A stretch of DNA of 64,000 nucleotides from an uncultured Alteromonas sp. Its GTDB lineage: Bacteria; Bacteroidota; Bacteroidia; Flavobacteriales; Flavobacteriaceae. The position numbers and the translations under genes are program-made. The notes beneath the pieces are model-generated. The model was given only the letters and a program-made list of their open reading frames with translations, ran no database searches and was not told the origin of the DNA. The stretch is from NCBI GenBank assembly GCA_964582415.1, contig CAZOSF010000003.1:1535-65534 (forward strand), given 5' to 3'. Shown piece after piece: positions 1 through 7,489 of this stretch. The stretch's first letter is position 1; every line of letters begins with the position of its first letter.

Positions 1-135
1 AAAAATCTTTCGAATGGCCCCCACATCATAAATGTTCCCCGCCAAACCATACACAGTCTCGGTGGGGATCGCCACTACTGCCCCTTCCATTAATAGTGCT
101 GCTGCTTTTGAAATATCCTTGGAAATAATCGTCAT
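1..135 (-). CDS. tsaC: L-threonylcarbamoyladenylate synthase (YrdC/Sua5/TsaC family), N-terminal 45 codons only; gene runs off the left edge
   Basis: Not in the ORF track because it is truncated. Hand translation of the reverse strand from the ATG at 133-135 gives MTIISKDISKAAALLMEGAVVAIPTETVYGLAGNIYDVGAIRKIF. PTETVYGL is the hallmark YrdC-domain motif. Confidence 0.6.
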   Translation of the reverse strand, partial: MTIISKDISKAAALLMEGAVVAIPTETVYGLAGNIYDVGAIRKIF

Positions 136-176
136 ATTAGTAACCTTCTCGATTAAAAGTTAATCCCTCGGGAGTG

Positions 177-184
177 CAAAAGTA
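177..184 (-). promoter_or_regulatory. Candidate Bacteroidota sigma-A -7 box (TAnnTTTG) for tsaC
   Basis: The plus strand reads CAAAAGTA, which is TACTTTTG on the minus strand, 42 nt upstream of the tsaC ATG. Confidence 0.4.
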
Positions 185-344
185 AGACATTGAAGGGAAA
201 AAAGATGTGCAAGGGAAATGGCGTAGGTAATGAATTTCTAGAGGCGAAAGAACAAGGATGGATTTTTTATAAACTGGCGACCACGGCTTTCTAAATCCTT
301 AAATTTCAGCTACCTTTACAGCTATTGAATTTCAAATAAAAATC

Positions 345-1988
345 ATGAAAAAAATACTGCTTCTTATTATGACCTTTGCGGTTGTAATAGCTTGTAAAAA
401 CGATGGTAAACAAATGGAAGAAAACCAAGAACCCCAAATGACAGCCATTCAAAAGGACTTGAGTAAATATGTGAGTGTGGTGCTCACCACTGAATTGAGT
501 CAACTTACCGAAAACCAGCGACAAATACTGCCCATTTTGATATTGGCCGCCAATAAGATGAATGATTTATTTTGGTACGAAGCCTACGGCGATAAAGAAG
601 CTTTGTTAAGCACCATTACGGATTCCGATACACGGGCCTATGTGAACATCAATTATGGTCCTTGGGACCGTTTGGCCGGAAATAAGCCCTTTATTGAAGG
701 TGTTGGGGAAAAACCAAAAGGGGCCAATTTCTATCCCACGGATATGACCAAGGAGGAATTTGAAGCTTCCACAGCCGAGGGGCTTTCCAGTCTGTACACT
801 TTTGTGAGACGGGATGAACAAGGCGCACTTTATGCGATTCCGTATCATAAACAATTCGAAAATGAAATTAAAGAGGTGTCCGATTTGCTTTTACAAGCAG
901 CTACTTTAGCTGAAGATGAAGGTCTTAAAAATTATCTGGAATTGCGGGCACAAGCATTGCTTACAGATGATTATCAAGCCAGTGATATGGCCTGGATGGA
1001 CATGAAAAACAATGTACTGGATATTGTTATTGGACCTATTGAAACCTATGAAGACCAATTGTATGGGAACAAGGCCGCACATGAAGGTTATGTGTTGATC
1101 AAGGACATGGAGTGGAGCGAAAAATTAGCTAAATTCAGTGCCTTTTTACCAGAACTTCAGGAAGGATTGCCCGTTGAAGAAGCTTATAAAATGGAAAAAC
1201 CTGGTACCGATTCCGATTTAAATGCATACGATGTTGTGTTTTATGCGGGGGATTGCAATTCAGGGGGGAAGACCATTGCGATTAATCTACCAAACGACGA
1301 GGAGGTACAACTTCAAAAAGGAACCCGTAGGTTACAGCTAAAAAATGCTATGCGCGCCAAATTCGATAAAATAATGGTGCCAATCTCCGAAGTGCTTATC
1401 GATGAAAGTCAGCGGCAGCACCTAACCTTCGATGCCTTTTTTGCCAACACGATGTTCCACGAAGTGGCGCACGGATTGGGAATCAAAAATACCATTAACG
1501 GAAAAGGAACCGTTCGCCAAGCCCTTCAGGAACATGCCAGTGCCTTGGAAGAGGGAAAAGCGGATATTTTGGGCTTGTATATGGTGGAACAATTGCATAA
1601 GAAGGGTGAGATCAGTGGCGAATTGAAAGACAATATGGTCACATTCATGGCGGGTATTTTCCGTTCCGTGCGTTTCGGAGCCTCCAGTGCCCACGGCAAA
1701 GCCAACATGATTCGCTTTAATTTCTTTAAGGAAAAAGGTGCTTTTAGTCGAAATGAAGACGGGACATATAAAGTAAACTTTGAAAAAATGCAGCAAGCTA
1801 TGGAGGAACTCTCCAATCTTATTTTGAAGTTACAGGGAGATGGAGACTATGATGGAGTGGCTGCCTTAGTGAAAGAAAAAGGGGTGATTTCTGAAGAATT
1901 GCAAGCCGACCTCGACCGTTTAAGTGCGTCCAATATTCCAGTGGATGTCGTGTTCGAACAAGGAATCGAGATTCTGGGAGTGGATTAA
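345..1988 (+). CDS. M49-like (DPP III-related) zinc metallopeptidase, predicted lipoprotein
   Basis: 547-aa ORF with a lipoprotein-type signal (MKKILLLIMTFAVVIAC). An HEVAH zinc motif is followed about 30 residues later by EEGKAD, the HExxH...EExxAD arrangement of DPP III-like peptidases. Confidence 0.7.
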   Translation: MKKILLLIMTFAVVIACKNDGKQMEENQEPQMTAIQKDLSKYVSVVLTTELSQLTENQRQILPILILAANKMNDLFWYEAYGDKEALLSTITDSDTRAYVNINYGPWDRLAGNKPFIEGVGEKPKGANFYPTDMTKEEFEASTAEGLSSLYTFVRRDEQGALYAIPYHKQFENEIKEVSDLLLQAATLAEDEGLKNYLELRAQALLTDDYQASDMAWMDMKNNVLDIVIGPIETYEDQLYGNKAAHEGYVLIKDMEWSEKLAKFSAFLPELQEGLPVEEAYKMEKPGTDSDLNAYDVVFYAGDCNSGGKTIAINLPNDEEVQLQKGTRRLQLKNAMRAKFDKIMVPISEVLIDESQRQHLTFDAFFANTMFHEVAHGLGIKNTINGKGTVRQALQEHASALEEGKADILGLYMVEQLHKKGEISGELKDNMVTFMAGIFRSVRFGASSAHGKANMIRFNFFKEKGAFSRNEDGTYKVNFEKMQQAMEELSNLILKLQGDGDYDGVAALVKEKGVISEELQADLDRLSASNIPVDVVFEQGIEILGVD

Positions 1989-2040
1989 TTTGTAAAGAGT
2001 AAAGCGTAAGGCGAAAAGCGGTTTCCGGGCAGGATGTCAG

Positions 2041-2078
2041 GTCGAGCTGTCACCTCGAGCGGAGTCGAGCGGTGAGAC
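2041..2078. repeat. GC-rich intergenic element with internal TCGAGCGG direct repeats
   Basis: The sequence gtcgagctgtcacctcgagcggagtcgagcggtgagac contains TCGAGC(GG) three times. From memory, unverified, it resembles the short interspersed intergenic repeats common in Bacteroidota. Confidence 0.3.
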
Positions 2079-2104
2079 CTACCTTAATGGAATCCTCTTA
2101 CCAT

Positions 2105-2140
2105 AAAAAACCCCGAAAGGATTTCCTTTCGGGGTTTTTT
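2105..2140. terminator. Bidirectional intrinsic terminator between the convergent peptidase and ferritin genes
   Basis: aaaaaa-CCCCGAAAGG-attt-CCTTTCGGGG-tttttt: a 10-bp perfect stem flanked by an A-run and a T-run. Confidence 0.85.
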
Positions 2141-2157
2141 GCGAGAGTCGGAATCCC

Positions 2158-2670
2158 TTAATGACTTTGAGATTCTATAAAGCCTTCAATATCCCTATCG
2201 AAGATGTAGTAGCCCGCATTGTTATCTCCGATGATATTCAATTTATCCAAAAGGGTGCGTGCCGTGGCTTCCTCTTCCAATTGTTCGGTGACATACCACT
2301 GCATAAAATTGTTGGTGTTGTAGTCTTTCAACTTTAGGCATTCATCAATAATCCCATTAATGTTTTGGGTAACGGCAACTTCACTATCCAAGAATCGTTG
2401 GAATAGGGCATTCAATGATTTATAGCTTTGGTCTGGCTGATCCAAGCCTGGAATAATGGCCGTACCCCCTCGTTCGTTCACGAACTTCACAAGTTTTAGC
2501 ATATGTTCCCGCTCTTCTTCCGATTGGGCAAAAAAGAAATTGGCCACCCCATTAAATCCCTGGGAATCGGCCCAAGAAGCCATTGCCATGTACTGTACGG
2601 AAGCCATCGCTTCAATTTTAATCTGCTCGTTTAATAGTTTTTCAATGGATTTGTGCATACTCATTTTCAT
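2158..2670 (-). CDS. ftnA: Non-haem ferritin
   Basis: 170-aa ORF. The ferritin-like four-helix pattern is visible in EAMASVQYMAMASW...AQSEEEREHMLKLVKFVNERGG...WYVTEQLEEE. Confidence 0.85.
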   Translation of the reverse strand: MKMSMHKSIEKLLNEQIKIEAMASVQYMAMASWADSQGFNGVANFFFAQSEEEREHMLKLVKFVNERGGTAIIPGLDQPDQSYKSLNALFQRFLDSEVAVTQNINGIIDECLKLKDYNTNNFMQWYVTEQLEEEATARTLLDKLNIIGDNNAGYYIFDRDIEGFIESQSH

Positions 2671-2816
2671 TACAAATTTGAAGGGTTATTACGCTCCTTT
2701 AAAGATACCAACTTATTTGTTTATTTCATAGAGTTGTGTTGAGGTGTTTATGCGTTAAGTTGATTATTTGTCGAGTTGTTTGGATAGGAGAAGCTTAAAG
2801 CAAAAAAAAGCTAAGA

Positions 2817-2905
2817 TTGCTTCTCCGCCTTAGGCGGATTCGAAATGACCGTGTTCCAATGAATCAGTAGCACCCGTCTTTGCGAGGAGGCCATAGGCCG
2901 ACGAA
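2817..2905. repeat. Intergenic segment with small palindromes and motifs resembling a Bacteroidota interspersed repeat
   Basis: Contains ccgccttaggcgg and ggccataggcc palindromes. The string ttgcgaggag...cgacgaag is similar, from memory, to the widespread ...TTGCGAGGAGCGAAGCGACGAAGC... element. Nearby is an 11-nt near-repeat, cagtagcaccc / cagtagtaccc. Confidence 0.3.
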
Positions 2906-2979
2906 GTAAACTTTTAAAACTTAGCAGTAGTACCCTTAAAGAATAAGCCGACAACTGACAACCGAAAACAGACAGCCAT

Positions 2980-3010
2980 AAAAAAACCCGAGCAGTGCTC
3001 GGGTTTTTTT
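2980..3010. terminator. Intrinsic terminator downstream of the YtxH / holin-like / small-protein genes (minus strand)
   Basis: aaaaaaa-CCCGAGCA-g-TGCTCGGG-ttttttt, abutting the stop codon at 3009-3011. Confidence 0.8.
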
Positions 3011-3206
3011 ACTTCGTAAGCCTTCCGATGAGGTAACTAACCCCAAAACGAAGCACCTTGGTAACAATGGGCTTGGAAAACAAACTTCCCGTCCATTCGT
3101 GTTCCAGTTGATAATACTGATTTTTGATTTGTTCTTGGGCAATCTGTCGCTCAAGATCCTTTTGCTTCAGTGCCAGTTCAATCTCTTCAAGTGAATTATA
3201 GCTCAT
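3009..3206 (-). CDS. Small hypothetical protein (65 aa) with coiled-coil character
   Basis: The ORF track gives 3009..3227, but codon 1 there is GTG and it overlaps the upstream gene. The ATG at 3204-3206 (MSYNSLEEIELALKQK...) lies 4 nt after the upstream stop. No recognisable family. Confidence 0.5.
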   Translation of the reverse strand: MSYNSLEEIELALKQKDLERQIAQEQIKNQYYQLEHEWTGSLFSKPIVTKVLRFGVSYLIGRLTK

Positions 3207-3210
3207 AGGA

Positions 3211-3543
3211 TCAAAAGTATTTGGCACTCATTTGGCGAATGATATAGCGTTCAATACGCTTTCGCATTAAATAAGCAATTAAGGTGAGTAGGAGGAAGAA
3301 TCCTCCCATGATTAAGAATCCTAGTACCCAGCTATCAAGCATCGCCCCTATCCAGAGTGCAGCGGCTATCGAAAGAAAGCCCATCGCGATGATGGCAAAA
3401 ACTCCTACAAGGGTTTTTTTTGCTACACTAGTGGATACAGCCGACGCTTGATAAAAAAACTTTAATTGGGCATATTCATACTCTTTGGTAACATACTGCT
3501 GTATTAAGGCAGCACTGTCTTTAAAGTCTTTGGCTGGGTTCAT
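3211..3543 (-). CDS. Holin-X / phage-holin-3_6-like small membrane protein (two TM helices)
   Basis: 110-aa ORF with an amphipathic N-terminus, then two hydrophobic helices (LVGVFAIIAMGFLSIAAALWIG; VLGFLIMGGFFLLLTLIAYL). It sits directly downstream of a YtxH gene, as in many genomes. Confidence 0.6.
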   Translation of the reverse strand: MNPAKDFKDSAALIQQYVTKEYEYAQLKFFYQASAVSTSVAKKTLVGVFAIIAMGFLSIAAALWIGAMLDSWVLGFLIMGGFFLLLTLIAYLMRKRIERYIIRQMSAKYF

Positions 3544-3553
3544 CTAGGTTGTC

Positions 3554-3883
3554 TTAGTTCATTTTAATTTTTTCATTTTCTTCTTTGAGCTTAGCCAACT
3601 TTTTTTCCAATGCGTCGATAACGTCGTCGGCTTTCAAGCTCATATGATCCACCATGCGATCCAATTCTTCTTTGAATTCGCCTTTTTTAGTGGTGAATAA
3701 ATGGTTCAGCTGATCTTTCCATTCGTGGGTTTTTTCAACGATGGCATCAGTGGAATCTTCAACAGCTTCTTTAATTTTTCTACGTGTTTTAGATCCCTTG
3801 GCAGGGGCAAATAGAATACCCAAAGTGGCTCCTACTGCTACGCCTCCCAAAATTCCAGTAATCAAATTTCTTGTGGTAGACAT
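3554..3883 (-). CDS. YtxH domain-containing (general stress) protein
   Basis: 109-aa ORF. The N-terminal GILGGVAVGATLGILFAPAKGSKTRRKIKE followed by a charged helical tail is typical of YtxH. Confidence 0.8.
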   Translation of the reverse strand: MSTTRNLITGILGGVAVGATLGILFAPAKGSKTRRKIKEAVEDSTDAIVEKTHEWKDQLNHLFTTKKGEFKEELDRMVDHMSLKADDVIDALEKKLAKLKEENEKIKMN

Positions 3884-3935
3884 AATAATGTTTTTTAAAG
3901 TTTACTATTCAGTGTTCTTTTTGGTGAAGTGGTTC

Positions 3936-4451
3936 TTAGGAGGAAGCCACTTTTTCCAATTCAGTTCTTTTCAGTTTTTCCTTGCCGGATCGATTCCAGG
4001 CATTCAGCATCCAGGATTGTTTCTCCAAAGAGCGGATGTATCCACCCATCAGATCAACGGTTCCTTCATCGCCAGCCTTTTCAGCCCTATCCACTACTTC
4101 TTTCATTTGTTTCAGTAACAAACTGTGATTTTCAATTAGCACGGTTACCATTTCCTTGTCTTCCAACAGTGAATTCACCTCTTCAATGGTAGCGATTTTA
4201 ATGTAGTCACTAAATCTACTCACAGGGTGAAAACGCAGGGTAAGAATGCGTTCTGCAATCTCGTCTATTTTGACGCGTGCATCACTATACAATTCCTCGA
4301 ACTTCGCATGTAATTCGAAAAAATTTTCTCCCAGAATGTTCCAATGGAAATTTCGAAGGTTTTGATAATAAATGTGATAGTCGGCTAGCAATGTGTTTAA
4401 AGACACCACTGTCGGCATTACCTTTTCATCTTGTGTCTGCAAATAATTCAT
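3936..4451 (-). CDS. dps: Dps family DNA-protection / ferroxidase protein
   Basis: LLADYHIYYQNLRNFHWNILGENFFELHAKFEELY...DEIAERI is the Dps ferroxidase-centre pattern. I place the start at the ATG 4449-4451 (MNYLQT...), because the 24-codon upstream extension in the ORF track looks non-native. Confidence 0.85.
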   Translation of the reverse strand: MNYLQTQDEKVMPTVVSLNTLLADYHIYYQNLRNFHWNILGENFFELHAKFEELYSDARVKIDEIAERILTLRFHPVSRFSDYIKIATIEEVNSLLEDKEMVTVLIENHSLLLKQMKEVVDRAEKAGDEGTVDLMGGYIRSLEKQSWMLNAWNRSGKEKLKRTELEKVASS

Positions 4452-4712
4452 CGTTTTGATTTTTGTGTTGTACTTCAGTTTGAACGTATTATTTTGGTGA
4501 TTAACGCATCTACAAGGTACCACTCAAAACCAATTTAATTCAAATCTTTAACGGGGTTTAACCCTTTTTAAATCACACTTAACTTAAATTTTGTTAAAGA
4601 ACGTTCAAAGCCTTAAATCCATTAACAGAAATGGAACAGGGTTGACAAATAAAGTTACGAAAAAATCCTGTGGTTTCCTAATCGAATCCTCCATAATTAT
4701 AAGATGTAAAAA

Positions 4713-4738
4713 TAAAAAAGGGGAGCCGAGCTCCCCTT
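4713..4738 (-). terminator. Intrinsic terminator of the usp gene
   Basis: The minus strand reads AAGGGGAGCTCGGCTCCCCTTTTTT, a GC-rich hairpin followed by a T-run, 20 nt past the usp stop. Confidence 0.75.
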
Positions 4739-4758
4739 AATTTTCTTGTTTAGTGTTG

Positions 4759-5577
4759 TTATATTTTAAATGTGATCACCGGCATATTCGCATGGTTCAC
4801 CAAATCTTCACTTATGCTTCCGTTGAAGAAATGGGCAATTCCTTTTCGTCCATGGGTGCTCATTCCAATAAGCTGTGCTTTAGTCTCCATAGCGAATCCT
4901 AGAATGCCTTTTTCAACTGAAAGATCATTGTAGATATTTAAGGTATAATTACTCAAGTTCATTCCTTTGACAAAAGCATCCATCATCTGTTTTGCTTCAG
5001 CGGAAGTTTTGAATCCACTTGGGGTATTGACGTACAATAGGTGAAGGGTGGCATCGAAACTCTCTGCAAAATCCTGTGCCTTCTTTAAAGTTGTTCGGCA
5101 TTCCGGAGAGAAATCGGTCGCAAATACGAAATCCTTTATTTCGAACTCTGGGCGATCGTTCTTTATGACCAATACCGGAATTTCGGAGGTGCGTACTACT
5201 TTCTCGGTATTACTTCCTATGAACATTTCCTTAAAGCCGCTCGCTCCGTGCGAACCCATAACAATCAAATCGATATTTTCCTTGCCAACGGCCTCATTGA
5301 TATCGTCGTATAGCTCTCCTTGTCCGATTTTTGTGGTAACGTAGGCTTCATTGATAAAGGGTTTTTCCAGTAATTCACCAAACTGTTTTTCCGCTAATTT
5401 TACAAAATAAAGCGCCTCGGGCAAAGAGCCTTTGTCGGTAGTGGCGAGGTGTACCGGCATTTCCATGGAATGGAGTATAGTAATCTTGCTGTCGTTTTTC
5501 TTGGCCAACTCGACGGCTACTTTCAAGGCATTCTCAGCCTGTTGGGAAAAATCGGTTGGGACTAAAATTCGTTTCAT
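4759..5577 (-). CDS. Universal stress protein with tandem UspA domains
   Basis: 272-aa ORF. It has two Usp repeats, each ending in a G-x2-G-x9-G(S/T)-like ATP-binding segment (VMGSHGASGFKEMFIGSNTEKV; IGMSTHGRKGIAHFFNGSISEDL). Confidence 0.85.
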   Translation of the reverse strand: MKRILVPTDFSQQAENALKVAVELAKKNDSKITILHSMEMPVHLATTDKGSLPEALYFVKLAEKQFGELLEKPFINEAYVTTKIGQGELYDDINEAVGKENIDLIVMGSHGASGFKEMFIGSNTEKVVRTSEIPVLVIKNDRPEFEIKDFVFATDFSPECRTTLKKAQDFAESFDATLHLLYVNTPSGFKTSAEAKQMMDAFVKGMNLSNYTLNIYNDLSVEKGILGFAMETKAQLIGMSTHGRKGIAHFFNGSISEDLVNHANMPVITFKI

Positions 5578-5662
5578 AGGTTTGGGTTAGATGTTTGTAA
5601 GGGGCTGGAAATTACGAAAATTTCAACACCCCACCTTATTTTTATTATCAGAAAAATTATAG

Positions 5663-5670
5663 TATATTTG
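5663..5670 (+). promoter_or_regulatory. Candidate -7 box (TATATTTG) of the rimP-nusA-infB operon
   Basis: Exact TAnnTTTG match 63 nt upstream of the rimP ATG, in the divergent usp/rimP intergenic region. Confidence 0.5.
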
Positions 5671-5694
5671 CATCGAATTAATGGTAACCAATGT

Positions 5695-5720
5695 GAGGGG
5701 ACGAAAAGTCCCCTCTTTTT
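5695..5720 (+). promoter_or_regulatory. Terminator-like hairpin in the rimP leader (putative transcription attenuator)
   Basis: GAGGGGAC-gaaaa-GTCCCCTC-TTTTT lies between the candidate promoter and the rimP ATG at 5733. The T-run is only on the plus strand, and no plus-strand gene lies upstream. Confidence 0.55.
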
Positions 5721-5732
5721 ATAGCCTAAATT

Positions 5733-6194
5733 ATGGAGGAAAAAGTGGCGAAATTGTTGGCTAAAGCTTTGGAAAACAGGCCAGAGCTCTTCCTTATTTC
5801 GTTAGAGATACACCCGGGAAACAGCATTCGGGTTATCATCGATGGAGACGAAGGGGTGAGCATTGAAGACTGTATGGAAATCAGTCGGGCCATAGAGCAT
5901 AATTTGGATCGAGAGGAAGAAGATTTTTCCTTGGAGGTATTTTCCGCAGGAGTGAGTGAACCCTTGCGCATGAAACGTCAGTATGCTAAAAACCTTGGCC
6001 GAGAATTAAAGGTAAAAACCAAAGGGGATACCTTAAAAGGAACCTTGGAAGAAGTAGATGAAGAGGGCATTATCCTTCACTGGAAAGCAAGGGAGGCGAA
6101 AACCGTTGGAAAAGGAAAACAAACCGTCGAGAAAGAGGTTAAAGTACCTTTCGAAGATATAGAAGAAGCAAAAGTGTTGATTAAATTTAAGTAA
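5733..6194 (+). CDS. rimP: Ribosome maturation factor RimP
   Basis: 153-aa ORF immediately upstream of nusA, with conserved rimP-nusA-infB synteny and a RimP-like N-terminal pattern (LFLISLEIHPGNSIRVIIDGDEGVSIEDC). Confidence 0.85.
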   Translation: MEEKVAKLLAKALENRPELFLISLEIHPGNSIRVIIDGDEGVSIEDCMEISRAIEHNLDREEEDFSLEVFSAGVSEPLRMKRQYAKNLGRELKVKTKGDTLKGTLEEVDEEGIILHWKAREAKTVGKGKQTVEKEVKVPFEDIEEAKVLIKFK

Positions 6195-6200
6195 CCCTAT

Positions 6201-7433
6201 ATGGAAAATTTAGCGTTGATAGAGTCTTTTTCAGAGTTTAAAGACGAAAAGCTAATTGACAGAGTCACCCTGATGGCTATTTTGGAAGAAGTATTCCGAA
6301 ATGCATTGAAAAAGAAATATGGAAGTGATGACAACTTCGATATTATCATCAACCCCGATAAAGGGGATATGGAGATTTGGCGAAACCGTGTGGTGGTAGC
6401 CGATGGTGAAGTGGAAGATCCAAACGCCGAGATATCATTGGCGGAAGCCCGTAAGATTGAATCGGATTTTGAGATTGGTGAGGATGTTTCGGAAGAAGTA
6501 AAGTTGATTGATTTGGGGCGACGTTCCATTTTGGCCCTTCGTCAAAATCTTATTTCAAAAATCCACGAACACGATAATACCAATATTTATAAGCAATTTA
6601 AGGACCTGGAAGGGGAGATCTACACTGCGGAGGTGCATCATATCCGTCATCGCGCGGTAATTTTATTGGATGATGAAGGAAACGAAATCATCCTTCCAAA
6701 AGACAAGCAGATTCCTTCCGATTTCTTCCGTAAGGGAGATAATGTTCGGGGAATCATTGAAAGCGTCGAATTGAAAGGGAACAAGCCTGCTATAATTATG
6801 TCTAGGGCGAACCCATTGTTCTTGGAGAAATTGTTCGAACAGGAAATTCCTGAAGTATTTGATGGTTTGATTACCATTAAAAAGGTGGTTCGAATCCCAG
6901 GTGAGAAAGCAAAAGTGGCTGTAGATTCATACGATGATCGCATTGACCCAGTAGGAGCTTGTGTGGGAATGAAAGGATCCCGAATCCATGGTATCGTTCG
7001 TGAGTTGGGGAATGAAAACATCGATGTAATCAACTTTACCAACAACACCAACTTATTTATTCAAAGAGCCTTAAGCCCAGCAAAGGTTACTTCTATCAGT
7101 ATCGATGAAGAAACCAAGCGTGCTGAGGTAATTCTGAAACCTGAAGAAGTGTCGAAAGCCATTGGACGTGGAGGGCACAATATCCGTCTGGCGGGTCAAC
7201 TAACTGGTTATGAAATCGATGTATTGCGCGAAGGTGCAGAGGAGGATGTAGAATTGACCGAATTCTCTGATGAAATCGAAGGATGGATCATTGAGGAATT
7301 CAAAAAAATCGGTTTGGATACTGCGAAAAGTGTCTTGGAAAAAGACCTACAATTTTTAATCAGTAGAACCGATCTTGAAGAGGAAACCATTCAAGAGGTA
7401 ATCAATATATTAAAAGAAGAATTTGAAGAGTAG
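6201..7433 (+). CDS. nusA: Transcription termination/antitermination factor NusA
   Basis: 410-aa ORF. S1 and KH signatures are present (DPVGACVGMKGSRIHGIVRELGNENIDVI; KAIGRGGHNIRLAGQLTGYEIDV). Confidence 0.95.
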   Translation: MENLALIESFSEFKDEKLIDRVTLMAILEEVFRNALKKKYGSDDNFDIIINPDKGDMEIWRNRVVVADGEVEDPNAEISLAEARKIESDFEIGEDVSEEVKLIDLGRRSILALRQNLISKIHEHDNTNIYKQFKDLEGEIYTAEVHHIRHRAVILLDDEGNEIILPKDKQIPSDFFRKGDNVRGIIESVELKGNKPAIIMSRANPLFLEKLFEQEIPEVFDGLITIKKVVRIPGEKAKVAVDSYDDRIDPVGACVGMKGSRIHGIVRELGNENIDVINFTNNTNLFIQRALSPAKVTSISIDEETKRAEVILKPEEVSKAIGRGGHNIRLAGQLTGYEIDVLREGAEEDVELTEFSDEIEGWIIEEFKKIGLDTAKSVLEKDLQFLISRTDLEEETIQEVINILKEEFEE

Positions 7434-7489
7434 TATAAAGATTAACTACTTTTACAAAGCAAATTAGAAAACAACAGGGAAGCATTTAT

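Noticed and set aside
3414-3421. T8 homopolymer (A8 on the coding strand) inside the holin-X-like gene, considered as a phase-variation switch
   Set aside because: It encodes Lys-Lys in frame and no alternative-frame ORF continues from it. Eight residues is short for efficient slippage.
3741-4192. Plus-strand ORFs (125 aa, 87 aa) overlapping the YtxH and Dps genes
   Set aside because: The minus-strand frames encode clearly recognisable YtxH and Dps proteins. The plus-strand products are low-complexity.
4452-4523. 24-codon N-terminal extension of the Dps ORF
   Set aside because: The extension (MVPCRCVNHQNNTFKLKYNTKIKT) is not Dps-like. MNYLQT... matches the usual Dps N-terminus length.
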